Part shown: piece by piece, positions 18,383 through 27,208 of the stretch
Numbering within the stretch: position 1 is the stretch's first letter
How the letters are laid out: every line of letters starts with the position of its first letter
Assembly (NCBI GenBank): GCA_964542475.1
Contig: CAZIUL010000007.1
Span: forward strand, 34,067 to 98,066
Origin: an uncultured Phycisphaerales bacterium
GTDB taxonomy: Bacteria; Planctomycetota; B15-G4; CAYZWU01
Direction of reading: 5' to 3'
Length of the DNA stretch: 64,000 bases
Notes under the pieces: generated by a model
Told to the model about the DNA's origin: nothing
Seen by the model: only the letters and a program-made list of their open reading frames with translations
Databases searched by the model: none
Made by a program: the position numbers and the translations under genes

Positions 18383-20893
18383 TCAGTTTGAGTTGAGCGA
18401 AACCTCGGGCTTGTCCTCCACAGACGTCTCGACGACTTTTGGCTCGAAAACGATCTTGTCGTTCTCTACCTTCACAACCACGTGGTTCTTGCCATCGAAC
18501 GCGTTTTTGAGAATCTGCTCGGAAAGAGGGTCTTCGATCAGGTTTTCGATTGCGCGCCTGAGCGGCCTTGCCCCGAACTCGAGGTTTGTTCCCTTTTCGA
18601 TGACAAGATCTCTCGCTTCCTGGCTGAGCTCGAAGCTGATTCCTTTCCCGTGGAGCCTTTCGATGATCCCCATGAGCTCGATGTCCAGGATCTCCTTCAT
18701 GTTTTCTTTGGTCAGCGCCTTGAAGATGATCACGTCATCAAGCCGGTTCAGGAACTCCGGCCGGAAAAATTTCTCCACCTCTCCCTGAAGCTGTTCCGTC
18801 ATCTTATCGTGATCGGCATCGGGGGAAGAGACCCGGAAGCCGAGGCTGCTCTTGTTCTTGATCACGTTCGCGCCGATGTTGGAAGTCATGATTATGACCA
18901 CGTTCCGGAAATCAATGTTGCGGCCGAAGGAATCGGTAAGACGTCCCTCTTCCATGATCTGAAGCAACATGTTGAAGATGTCGGAATGCGCCTTCTCCAC
19001 CTCGTCAAGCAGCACCACCGAATAGGGGCGTCTCCTCACCTTTTCCGTAAGCTGCCCGCCTTCCTCGTATCCCACGTATCCGGGAGGCGCACCCACAAGC
19101 CGCGAAGCGTTGAATTTTTCCATGTACTCCGACATGTCCATCTGGATCAGGGCGTCCTCGTTTCCGAACATGAACTTTGCCAGCTGCTTTGCCAGGTGGG
19201 TTTTTCCCACGCCGGTAGGCCCCAGGAAAAGGAAACAGCCCATCGGGCGTCGCGGGTTTTTCAGTCCGGACCGCGAGCGGCGCACAGACTTCGCGATGGC
19301 CACTATCGCGTCGTCCTGGCTGACCACGGTCCTGTGCATCTCTTCTTCCATCTTGAGCAACCGCTCGGCCTCGCCCTTTTCCAGGCGCGTGAGTGGAATC
19401 CCTGTGATGCTCGAAACCGTCTCGGCGATCACATCCTCGTCCACGATACCGTCGATCTCTTCGGATGAGTTCTTCCACTCGTCAACGGCTTCCTTGCACT
19501 TCTTGCGAAGTTTCTCGGCCTTGTCCCTGATATATGCGGCCTGCTCGAAGTCCTGCCCGGCAACAGCCTCTTCCTTCTCCTTGCTCAGCTTTGCGATCTC
19601 ATCCTCCATTTCCTTGAGATCGGGCGGGTGTGTCATTGTCTTCAGGCGCACCCGTGCACCTGCCTCGTCCACCACGTCGATTGCCTTGTCCGGCAGAAAA
19701 CGTGATGTGATGTACCTGTCGGAAAGCTCGACCGCCAGCCCGATGGCCTCGTCCGTGATCCGCACCTTGTGATGAGCTTCGTAGCGGTCCCTGAGCCCAA
19801 AGATGATGTCGATCGTCTCGCTCTTGGTCGGGGGCTCCACGAGGATGCTCTGGAACCGCCTTTCCAAAGCGCCGTCCTTCTCGATAAACTTTCTGTATTC
19901 GTCCATGGTGGTGGCGCCGATGCACTGCACCTCCCCGCGGGATAGCGACGGTTTCAGCACATTCGCTGCGTCGATCGCGCCTTCAGCCCCGCCTGCCCCA
20001 ACCAGGGTATGAAGCTCGTCAATGAACAGAATGATGTTTCCGGACCGCCGCACCTCAGCCATCACGGCCTTGATCCTTTCCTCGAACTGGCCCCTGTACT
20101 TCGTGCCGGCCACCATCATCGCCAGGTCGAGAACAACGATGCGCTTACGCCGTAGAAGCTCTGGAATATCGCCTTTAATGATGTTCTGCGCCAGCCCCTC
20201 GACGATTGCTGTCTTGCCAACGCCCGGCTCGCCCAGGAGCACGGGATTGTTCTTCGTGCGGCGTGAAAGAATCTGAATCACCCTCTGGATCTCTCGTATG
20301 CGGCCGATTACGGGATCTAGCTTTCCCTCGCCTGCGAGCGTGGTGAGGTCTCTGCCAAAGGCATTGAGGGCGGGTGTCTTGGATTTGGCGGCTTTCTTCT
20401 TCACACCGCCGACGCCGGCGGCACCGGGCTGCTCATCGCCCTCCTCCTGATCGATCTCCGCGCCCAAGAACTCGAGAACCTCCTCCTTCACCGATTCCAG
20501 CTTCACGTTCATCGCCGCAAGAACCCGCGCCGCAACACCCTCGCTCTCCCTGAGCAGGCCGAGAAGAATGTGTTCCGTGCCGATATAGTTGTGCCCGAGG
20601 TTGGCAGCCTCCTCTGTGGAAAGCTCCAGCACTCTCTTGGCTCTCGGGGTGAAGGGAAGCTGCCCCATGCTGACCAGCGTGGGAGAGCCCTTGACCATCT
20701 TTTCGATCTCGCTGCGGATCCGCTTCAGGTCCACTTCCATGTTCCTGAGAACATTGGCTGCCACACCGCTCCCCTCGTGGACCAATCCCAGCAGCAGGTG
20801 TTCGGTGCCGATATACTCGTGATTCAGTCTCGCTGCCTCGCTTTTGGCCAGGCTCATCACCTTGCGCGCACGATCGGTAAAGCGTTCAAACAT
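18383..20893 (-). CDS. clpC: ATP-dependent Clp protease ATP-binding subunit ClpC
   Basis: [11 protein letters not shown]-domain; two Walker A motifs ([16 protein letters not shown]); short UVR middle domain; GAPPGYVGY; GARPLRR. Confidence 0.97.
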   Translation of the reverse strand: MFERFTDRARKVMSLAKSEAARLNHEYIGTEHLLLGLVHEGSGVAANVLRNMEVDLKRIRSEIEKMVKGSPTLVSMGQLPFTPRAKRVLELSTEEAANLGHNYIGTEHILLGLLRESEGVAARVLAAMNVKLESVKEEVLEFLGAEIDQEEGDEQPGAAGVGGVKKKAAKSKTPALNAFGRDLTTLAGEGKLDPVIGRIREIQRVIQILSRRTKNNPVLLGEPGVGKTAIVEGLAQNIIKGDIPELLRRKRIVVLDLAMMVAGTKYRGQFEERIKAVMAEVRRSGNIILFIDELHTLVGAGGAEGAIDAANVLKPSLSRGEVQCIGATTMDEYRKFIEKDGALERRFQSILVEPPTKSETIDIIFGLRDRYEAHHKVRITDEAIGLAVELSDRYITSRFLPDKAIDVVDEAGARVRLKTMTHPPDLKEMEDEIAKLSKEKEEAVAGQDFEQAAYIRDKAEKLRKKCKEAVDEWKNSSEEIDGIVDEDVIAETVSSITGIPLTRLEKGEAERLLKMEEEMHRTVVSQDDAIVAIAKSVRRSRSGLKNPRRPMGCFLFLGPTGVGKTHLAKQLAKFMFGNEDALIQMDMSEYMEKFNASRLVGAPPGYVGYEEGGQLTEKVRRRPYSVVLLDEVEKAHSDIFNMLLQIMEEGRLTDSFGRNIDFRNVVIIMTSNIGANVIKNKSSLGFRVSSPDADHDKMTEQLQGEVEKFFRPEFLNRLDDVIIFKALTKENMKEILDIELMGIIERLHGKGISFELSQEARDLVIEKGTNLEFGARPLRRAIENLIEDPLSEQILKNAFDGKNHVVVKVENDKIVFEPKVVETSVEDKPEVSLNSN

Positions 20894-21130
20894 CAAATCC
20901 TCCTGTTGTCAGCCTGCTTCCTGTTTCGGTTTATAGATCAGAACCAGGCATCCGCATCAATAGTATACCAATCAATGAGGTAGATTCTGCTGAAACGTTC
21001 TCAGTATAACTTTGACAGGTATCACTAATTGCTCGAACCTTGCGTCTGACAAGGTTTCCACTTAAAACGCGCCATCCAGTCCGTTTCTTTCAAGGCTCCA
21101 GAGTATCCTTAGCCATTGTCGTCAAAAAGC

Positions 21131-22177
21131 TCAGTTTTCCTGTAGCCGGCTTCTAATTAGATTAGCCCTGATGATGTCACGCTCTTTCTGGTCCAGCTCC
21201 CGCTTCTCACTCTTTTGTAGATGACCCGGTTGAATGTCAAGGAAAAGCTTGTTGACGGCCTCGATGGACAGCCCACTGAAGATGTTCGTGGCGACTCCCA
21301 GCCTCAAGGCTGAAAGATAAGTCATTGTCTCTTCAGAAGATATGCACCGCGCATAACGCAGCACACCCACGGCCCGCCAGATCTTATCCTCGAGTACTTT
21401 ACGTTCATCGGTGACCAGCGCTTTCCTGACCCCGCGCTCGTATTCGATTATTTTGGGGAGCACCCTTTCCATGGAGCTGATGATATCCTGAGGAGTGATT
21501 CCAAGGGTTATTTGGTTCGATATCTGGTAAAAATCGCCCACCGCAGGCGAACCTTCACCGAAAAAACCTCTCACCTCCAGGTTGACCTGTGAAACCGCGT
21601 TGAAGACCTTTTCGATGTTCTTGGACAGCACAAGCGCGGGAAGGTGTAACATCACCGATATCCTGAGACCTGTGCCTACGTTTGTGGGACAGGTGGTCAG
21701 AAAGCCCACCTTCTGATCGAAAGCATAGTTCAACTCGTTTTCCAGGATGGAATCGATCCCGTCTGTCTTCTTCCACGCGTCATGAAGGGCAAGGCCCGCT
21801 GTCAAAACCTGTATGCGCAGGTGGTCCTCCTCGTTCACCATGATGCTCAACGATCCGGTGTTATCGAAAGCCACACCACGGGAATTTTCAGCCTTGAGAT
21901 GTTCCAGGCTTATCAGGTGGTTCTCCAGGAGCAGCATCCGGTCCACTTCGTCTATGCAGTCCATCTTCACATACTGCATCCCCACGCCGATCTTCTCGGA
22001 TGTCACCTTGGGAGCAAGAAACAACTCGAGCTCTTCTTCGCTTTCCGCTGAAAGCTTCCCCTTGAAATTGAACTCCTCAATATTCCTGGCAAGGCGGAAC
22101 CTGGTGGAAAGAACTATTTCCGATTCAGCGCCCGTGCCTGAAAGCCAAACCCCGGCATTGCTCAGATCAAACCTCAT
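21131..22177 (-). CDS. mcsB: Protein arginine kinase McsB
   Basis: STRFRLARN, NEEDHLR and CPTNVGTGLR motifs; adjacent to mcsA and clpC. Confidence 0.95.
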   Translation of the reverse strand: MRFDLSNAGVWLSGTGAESEIVLSTRFRLARNIEEFNFKGKLSAESEEELELFLAPKVTSEKIGVGMQYVKMDCIDEVDRMLLLENHLISLEHLKAENSRGVAFDNTGSLSIMVNEEDHLRIQVLTAGLALHDAWKKTDGIDSILENELNYAFDQKVGFLTTCPTNVGTGLRISVMLHLPALVLSKNIEKVFNAVSQVNLEVRGFFGEGSPAVGDFYQISNQITLGITPQDIISSMERVLPKIIEYERGVRKALVTDERKVLEDKIWRAVGVLRYARCISSEETMTYLSALRLGVATNIFSGLSIEAVNKLFLDIQPGHLQKSEKRELDQKERDIIRANLIRSRLQEN

Positions 22178-22695
22178 TCCCGGCCTCCCCCTTCAACGCT
22201 CCCGGATATCAGGGATTCCAGCTCAAGAATCCTGTCGCGGAGCTTGGCTGCTTCCTCGTATTTTTCCGCCTTTATCGCGCGAGCGAGAAGCTCTTTCTGT
22301 TTAATCAGCTCGTTTCTGCGCACAGTCTTGGAGCTTTGGCCGTCAGGCACCTTCCCGATGTACCTTGCCGACCCATGAACCTTTTTCAGCAGCGGCTCAA
22401 GCTCCTCCTCAAAAACCCGGTAATCGCGGGCACAGCCGAGCCTGCCGCTCTTCTGGAAATCCGAATAGCTGATCCCGCATTCGGAACATCTTTTAGTTTC
22501 ATCGAAAGAACCCTTCTTCCCGCTCTTCTCTATCAGGTTCCCGATGAGCTCGGACAGGGAGATCGTCTGCTGATGCGGCAGGTTCATTTCCCTGGCGCAC
22601 TGCTCACAAAGATGCAGCTCGTTACGCTTCCCGCTCTTGATCTCCGTCAGGTGAACGGTTGCCGCTGCTTTTTTACATTTCTTGCATAACATCAT
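22174..22695 (-). CDS. mcsA: McsA, activator of protein arginine kinase (CXXC motifs + UVR domain)
   Basis: CKKC, CEQC, CSEC and GCARDY motifs; C-terminal AIKAEKYEEAAKLRDRI UVR motif. Confidence 0.93.
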   Translation of the reverse strand: MMLCKKCKKAAATVHLTEIKSGKRNELHLCEQCAREMNLPHQQTISLSELIGNLIEKSGKKGSFDETKRCSECGISYSDFQKSGRLGCARDYRVFEEELEPLLKKVHGSARYIGKVPDGQSSKTVRRNELIKQKELLARAIKAEKYEEAAKLRDRILELESLISGSVEGGGRE

Positions 22696-22718
22696 CGTTT
22701 CACATCACCGCTGAATTC

Positions 22719-22732
22719 GGGCTTCGAAGCCC
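22719..22732. promoter_or_regulatory. Perfect 14-bp palindrome upstream of mcsA
   Basis: GGGCTTCGAAGCCC, about 25 nt upstream of the mcsA start. Function unknown (operator or RNA hairpin). Confidence 0.3.
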
Positions 22733-22874
22733 CTGGATAACTTGTCGGCCACCCGCGCCCATACACCGGCCTCAGCCTTCTCGATCGGCTCCATAACATG
22801 CCTCTCGCGTATATGTATATTGTCGGCCCTGATACGCGGCAACAGGCCGAACTCTCCAATTTATTGTCATTAAA

Positions 22875-24275
22875 TCACAGATCGTCAACACAACTCTTGA
22901 AACACTCTCCACGCTCTTCGAAATTCAGGAACTGATCGTACGAGGCAAAAGCGGGAGAAAGAAGCACGAAAGAACCTGGCCGCGCGCATTGCGAAGCGTT
23001 TTTCACAGCTCCCATGAGATCTCCAGCCAAGGCGATGTGCGGCCCCTCAACACCCTGGCGGGAGCAAGCGTCGGATACGGCTTTTGCAAGGCTTAAACCG
23101 GTCTCTCCTATCAGATGAACGCTTTCAGCCCTTTTTATGATCCCTTCCGCCAGCTTGTCAAGGGGAAGTTTTTTGTCATACCCGCCGGCTATCAGGTGAA
23201 CGGCTCCGTCCATCACTTCCAGGGCGGCCAGGCAGGATACAGGTGTCGTTGCAATGGAATCGTTTATGTAGGTGATCCCGCTTTTTGAGGCAACCGTCTC
23301 CAGCCTGTGAGAAACCCCTTGAAACGCCGCGCCTGCCTCCACAACAGCCTTTGACACGGGACCCGAATCGAGAATCATGCGCACGCCTGCCAGCGCGGAC
23401 ATGATGTTCTCCAGGTTGAAAACACCCGGGAGTCTCACCTTTTCCGTATCGACAAGAACCCGCGAGCTGCCGCCTATGCGTTCGACGATGGATCCATCAC
23501 TCAGAAAGTAGCCCTCGGGCAGCTCGCCGCGGGACGAAAACCAGAGCGCAGGGAGATCGCTCCCCTTGAAGCGCTTCGCGCTGGCTTCGTCGCCTCCATT
23601 GAATACAGCGCCCCGGGCGCGCACCAGTATCCGGGATTTGGCTTCGATATACGACTCGAAATCACCATGCCGGTCCAGATGGTTAGGGGTCAGGTTCGTG
23701 ATGACGGCCACATCAGGACCAAGCCCGCATCGGCCCGTCATTTCGAGCTGGAACGAGGAAAGCTCCAGAACCACAACATCCCGCTCTTCGATCTTATCGA
23801 TGTCCGGAAGAAGCGAGCCCCCCATGTTGCCTCCGAGCCAGGCCCTTTCGCCTGCCGCACGGAGCATATTGAAAATCAGGTGCGATGTTGTTGTTTTCCC
23901 GTTCGATCCGGTCACGCCCAGCACCCTGCTGCTGCCGAGCAGCTTCAGCGTCAGGTTCATTTCGGATTCGATGGATACGTTGTTTTCCACGGCCGTTTTC
24001 AGATACGGCGAAGATGGCGGGACAGCCGGGTTGGCGACAACCATGTCAGTCTTTGCGAAATCCTCCTGCCGGTGCTCCTCCAGAACCAGGCGGACCGGCA
24101 GCCCCTCGATCAGTTCGAGCCCCTTCTTCAGCTCGGAGGCCGGCCTGAGATCGGTCACAGTGACCTTTGCCCCTTGCTCGACCAGAAAACGGACGACACC
24201 GGCCCCGCCGCCGAACAAACCGAGCCCCATCACCGTGACCTTCATATCTTTGAACGAGGATTCATGCTTTGACAT
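22875..24275 (-). CDS. murD: UDP-N-acetylmuramoyl-L-alanine--D-glutamate ligase
   Basis: VMGLGLFGGG, GVTGSNGKTTT, ELSSFQLE, NLTPNHLDRH, HRLE, NDSIAT, AGGYDK and LSPAFASYDQF motifs. Confidence 0.96.
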   Translation of the reverse strand: MSKHESSFKDMKVTVMGLGLFGGGAGVVRFLVEQGAKVTVTDLRPASELKKGLELIEGLPVRLVLEEHRQEDFAKTDMVVANPAVPPSSPYLKTAVENNVSIESEMNLTLKLLGSSRVLGVTGSNGKTTTSHLIFNMLRAAGERAWLGGNMGGSLLPDIDKIEERDVVVLELSSFQLEMTGRCGLGPDVAVITNLTPNHLDRHGDFESYIEAKSRILVRARGAVFNGGDEASAKRFKGSDLPALWFSSRGELPEGYFLSDGSIVERIGGSSRVLVDTEKVRLPGVFNLENIMSALAGVRMILDSGPVSKAVVEAGAAFQGVSHRLETVASKSGITYINDSIATTPVSCLAALEVMDGAVHLIAGGYDKKLPLDKLAEGIIKRAESVHLIGETGLSLAKAVSDACSRQGVEGPHIALAGDLMGAVKNASQCARPGSFVLLSPAFASYDQFLNFEERGECFKSCVDDL

Positions 24276-24461
24276 GTTGCGCTGCGCTGCCCGAACCGAA
24301 CGATGTTCCGTAAAAACCGAGCTTCTGAAAGGTTAACCTGTCACCTTACACTGCCGTGTTTGACTCTACAATCCCAAAGGTGTAAAAACAAACCAGCTGT
24401 TTCACTGGGGGTTGAGGAACCGCGGATGGGCACGGTCAAAAAACCTGAAAGGATCATTTTC

Positions 24462-24890
24462 ATGGTATACACATACGAGTATCAGCGGCCTGCAGTGACA
24501 GTGGACATGGTCGTCCTGGCTCCGGCGGGAGATGGACACGAGGTTCTTCTCATCAAGAGGGGCGACGACCCGTTCAAAGGACAATGGGCCCTGCCCGGAG
24601 GCTTCATGGAGATCGATGAGGAGCTCGAGGATGCCGCAGCCAGGGAGCTCGAAGAGGAGACCGGGCTTAAAGGGATCGCTCTCAAAGAAATCGGGGCTTT
24701 CGGAAAGGTGGGCCGTGATCCGCGCGGCCGCACCGTCAGCATCGTCTACATGGCCGTGCTGCCGTCCAGGTCCGATGCCAGGGCGGGTGACGACGCCGCG
24801 GAGGCGGCCTGGTTTCCGCTCCATGCCGCGCCTTCTCTCGCGTTCGACCACAACGACATCATCGCACGCGCACAAGATATGCTCGGATGA
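24462..24890 (+). CDS. NUDIX hydrolase (ADP-ribose pyrophosphatase / NrtR N-domain-like)
   Basis: RPAVTVD, WALPGGF...AAARELEEETG Nudix box, RDPRGR, AGDDA and LAFDH motifs; RBS GAAAGGA upstream. Confidence 0.92.
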   Translation: MVYTYEYQRPAVTVDMVVLAPAGDGHEVLLIKRGDDPFKGQWALPGGFMEIDEELEDAAARELEEETGLKGIALKEIGAFGKVGRDPRGRTVSIVYMAVLPSRSDARAGDDAAEAAWFPLHAAPSLAFDHNDIIARAQDMLG

Positions 24891-24923
24891 GATGCTCCCA
24901 TGACGCAGCCGGGCAGGTCAGCT

Positions 24924-27008
24924 TCACGGGGCCCGCTTGTTCAGCCAGGGCTTCAGCTTGTCCGCGAGTTCGGGTTCTATTTCTGCCCCGAAACGCATGG
25001 CAAGCGTCAGATGTCTCACGGCTTTTTCGGGCTGCTCAAGCATGACACAGGCCTTTGCCAGGTTGTGGTGAGCCTTGGCAAGACCCGGGTCTTTTTCGAG
25101 CGCTTTCTCGAACCATTCGACAGCGGCTTCGTAGTCGCCCCTGTTCGCATAGAGCGAACCCAGGTTGAACAGGGCAAGAACGTAGTTCGGCTGGATCGTT
25201 GCCGCGCGCATCCAGAGTTTCTCGGCCATGTCCTGTTCGCCGCGCCCGGCATAAATGACCGCAAGGTTGAAACAGGCATCAGCGTGCTCAGGATCCATCT
25301 CAAGCGTTTTCTCCAACCCCTCAAACGCATCCTCCGTCCTTCCCTGCCTGTCGTAGACCAGGGCCAGGTTGTGCATGGCAGTGGCCGAGTCCGGCCTAAT
25401 ATTGAGCAGCCGCTTGTAATACTGCTCCGCATCGTTCAGCCGCCCCAACCTCTCGCTTATCACTGCCAGCGCAGTGACGACATCCGGGTTTCCCGGCTCT
25501 TCCTCATAAAGCCTCTCCAGCGCCGGCATGGCCTCGTTGTACTTTTCGCCCTGGAACATTCTCGTGGCGCGATCCAGCTCCGCTTGGACCCAGATCCTCG
25601 ATTTGGGATCAGGCCCGCTGAATGGATCCCCCTCTATGCCGTTGTGCTCCGCGCCGGATGCGTACCCGAGCGCTGACAGCTTCTCCTGCACATCATCGTC
25701 CACCCCCATCCCCGCACCGCTGCCTTCCCTCCCGTTCCGTGACTCCAGGGCGCTGCCATGCAGCAGCTTCATGAGCACGGCATGGAGCTTGCCTCCCTCG
25801 GCCTTGCCTTCCTCGTAAAGGTTTTTCATCTCAACCGGGTCGTCCGCCGTGTTGAACAGCTCCGGTTCAGGCGAGGCGATGTACTTGAAACGTCCTGCAC
25901 GAACCCCTCTCAGCCCTGCCCATCCGAGATCGAAGTATGGAAGAAGCGTCTCAAAGTAAATATGATCGTGGACGCTCGCGGCTTCCCCGGTCACAAGAGG
26001 CACAAGACTGCGCCCTGCAAACCCGTGCACCATGCCTTCGGGCTCTATGTTGAGGATGTCCAGAACGGTGGGCATGATGTCGACCAGGGACACGGGAGTA
26101 TCGATGCTTTTCTGACGCGGAAAAAGCACCGGGTTCGACACGATCAGCGGCACGTGCAGTGTGGAGTCGTAAACAAAGATGCCGTGCGTTTCCTCGCCGT
26201 GTTCGTAAAGGCTTTCGCCGTGGTCGGATGTGACGACGACAAGGGTGTTCGGGGTGTGTCCCTTCATCTTCAGCACCTTCAAAAGAAGGCCGAGCTGCTC
26301 GTCCACGTAAGCGATCTCGCCGTCGTAGGGATTCTCGGCGTACCTGCCGGCAAACGGCTCCGGAGGCTGGTACAAGCTGTGGGGATCGAAGTAGTGAACC
26401 CACAAAAAAAACGGGGACTTTTCCTGCCTGCCCAGGAAGGCAATTGCTCGTTGGGTGACCTCATCGGCCTTGCGCTCGGGAATGGCAAGAGAGCCGCCCT
26501 TTCTTCCGTAGACAATCGCATCGTCGTACTCTTCGAACCCCTGGTCCAGGCCGAACATGGAGTCAAGCACGAACGCCCCTATCACCGCGCCTGTCCGGTA
26601 ACCGCGGCTTTCCAGCGCCTCGGCAAGCGTTGTGAGCTGTTTCCGTGCGCTGTAAACACCGTTGTTTCTGGCACCGTGCGCGAACGGGTATGCACCTGTC
26701 ATGATGGATATGTGCGATGGAAGCGTGAGCGGGCAGGGCGAGTACGCCTTCTCGAATAGTATCCCTTCCGAGGCGAGCCTGTCCATGTTGGGAGTTGCCG
26801 CCGCATCGCAGCCGTAGGCGCCCACGTGGTCGGCTCGCAAGGTGTCCACGGTGACGAGCAGCACGTTATACTGCTTGTTACCGCTGTTCTCGATGGGATC
26901 GCCGCACCCGGCAACACCGAAAAGAAACAGAAGCGCGGCCATGAAAGGGATGCGGATTCCGGATTGCCTGTGCACGGGATGCTTTCCAGTCACCGATTTC
27001 TCCAGCAA
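24924..27008 (-). CDS. Sulfatase-like hydrolase/transferase lipoprotein with C-terminal TPR repeats
   Basis: VTVDTLRADH, PLTLPSHISIMTG, DPH, SDHGE and HVPLI motifs, followed by LSALGY and TPRs; lipobox VAGC. Start uncertain (27008 TTG or 26942 ATG). Confidence 0.88.
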   Translation of the reverse strand: MLEKSVTGKHPVHRQSGIRIPFMAALLFLFGVAGCGDPIENSGNKQYNVLLVTVDTLRADHVGAYGCDAAATPNMDRLASEGILFEKAYSPCPLTLPSHISIMTGAYPFAHGARNNGVYSARKQLTTLAEALESRGYRTGAVIGAFVLDSMFGLDQGFEEYDDAIVYGRKGGSLAIPERKADEVTQRAIAFLGRQEKSPFFLWVHYFDPHSLYQPPEPFAGRYAENPYDGEIAYVDEQLGLLLKVLKMKGHTPNTLVVVTSDHGESLYEHGEETHGIFVYDSTLHVPLIVSNPVLFPRQKSIDTPVSLVDIMPTVLDILNIEPEGMVHGFAGRSLVPLVTGEAASVHDHIYFETLLPYFDLGWAGLRGVRAGRFKYIASPEPELFNTADDPVEMKNLYEEGKAEGGKLHAVLMKLLHGSALESRNGREGSGAGMGVDDDVQEKLSALGYASGAEHNGIEGDPFSGPDPKSRIWVQAELDRATRMFQGEKYNEAMPALERLYEEEPGNPDVVTALAVISERLGRLNDAEQYYKRLLNIRPDSATAMHNLALVYDRQGRTEDAFEGLEKTLEMDPEHADACFNLAVIYAGRGEQDMAEKLWMRAATIQPNYVLALFNLGSLYANRGDYEAAVEWFEKALEKDPGLAKAHHNLAKACVMLEQPEKAVRHLTLAMRFGAEIEPELADKLKPWLNKRAP

Positions 27009-27026
27009 AGGGTTCTATGTTCTGGG

Positions 27027-27108
27027 AAGAGGCGGCAACAGAGTGCCGCCCTCCAAAAGAGAAGGAATGCGCCGGTTGAACAATGGAGGGCGCCGCTCCG
27101 TCGGCGCC
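27027..27108 (+). repeat. Inverted REP-like doublet (type A reverse + 28-nt spacer + type B)
   Basis: AAGAGGCGGCAACAGAGTGCCGCCCTCCA-N28-TGGAGGGCGCCGCTCCGTCGGCGCC; near-identical to the copies at 32254 and 44588. Confidence 0.9.
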
Positions 27109-27149
27109 GAAAAACAACCCACACCGCATCAATCAACCCCCTCAGGAGT

Positions 27150-27181
27150 CGGCTGTCGGCTGCGGGCGAAGCCCGCCCTAT
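27150..27181. repeat. Palindrome GCGGGCGAAGCCCGC (terminator or REP-like)
   Basis: GC-rich stem with a short loop, just downstream of the M14 peptidase stop. Confidence 0.4.
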
Positions 27182-27208
27182 GTTATCGGCAGACTGACAT
27201 CAGCCACA

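Noticed and set aside
20897-21130. tRNA or ncRNA in the larger intergenic gaps (also 8908-9290, 41380-41628, 62494-62729)
   Set aside because: No cloverleaf, T-loop (GTTCGA in context) or recognisable riboswitch could be supported by eye.
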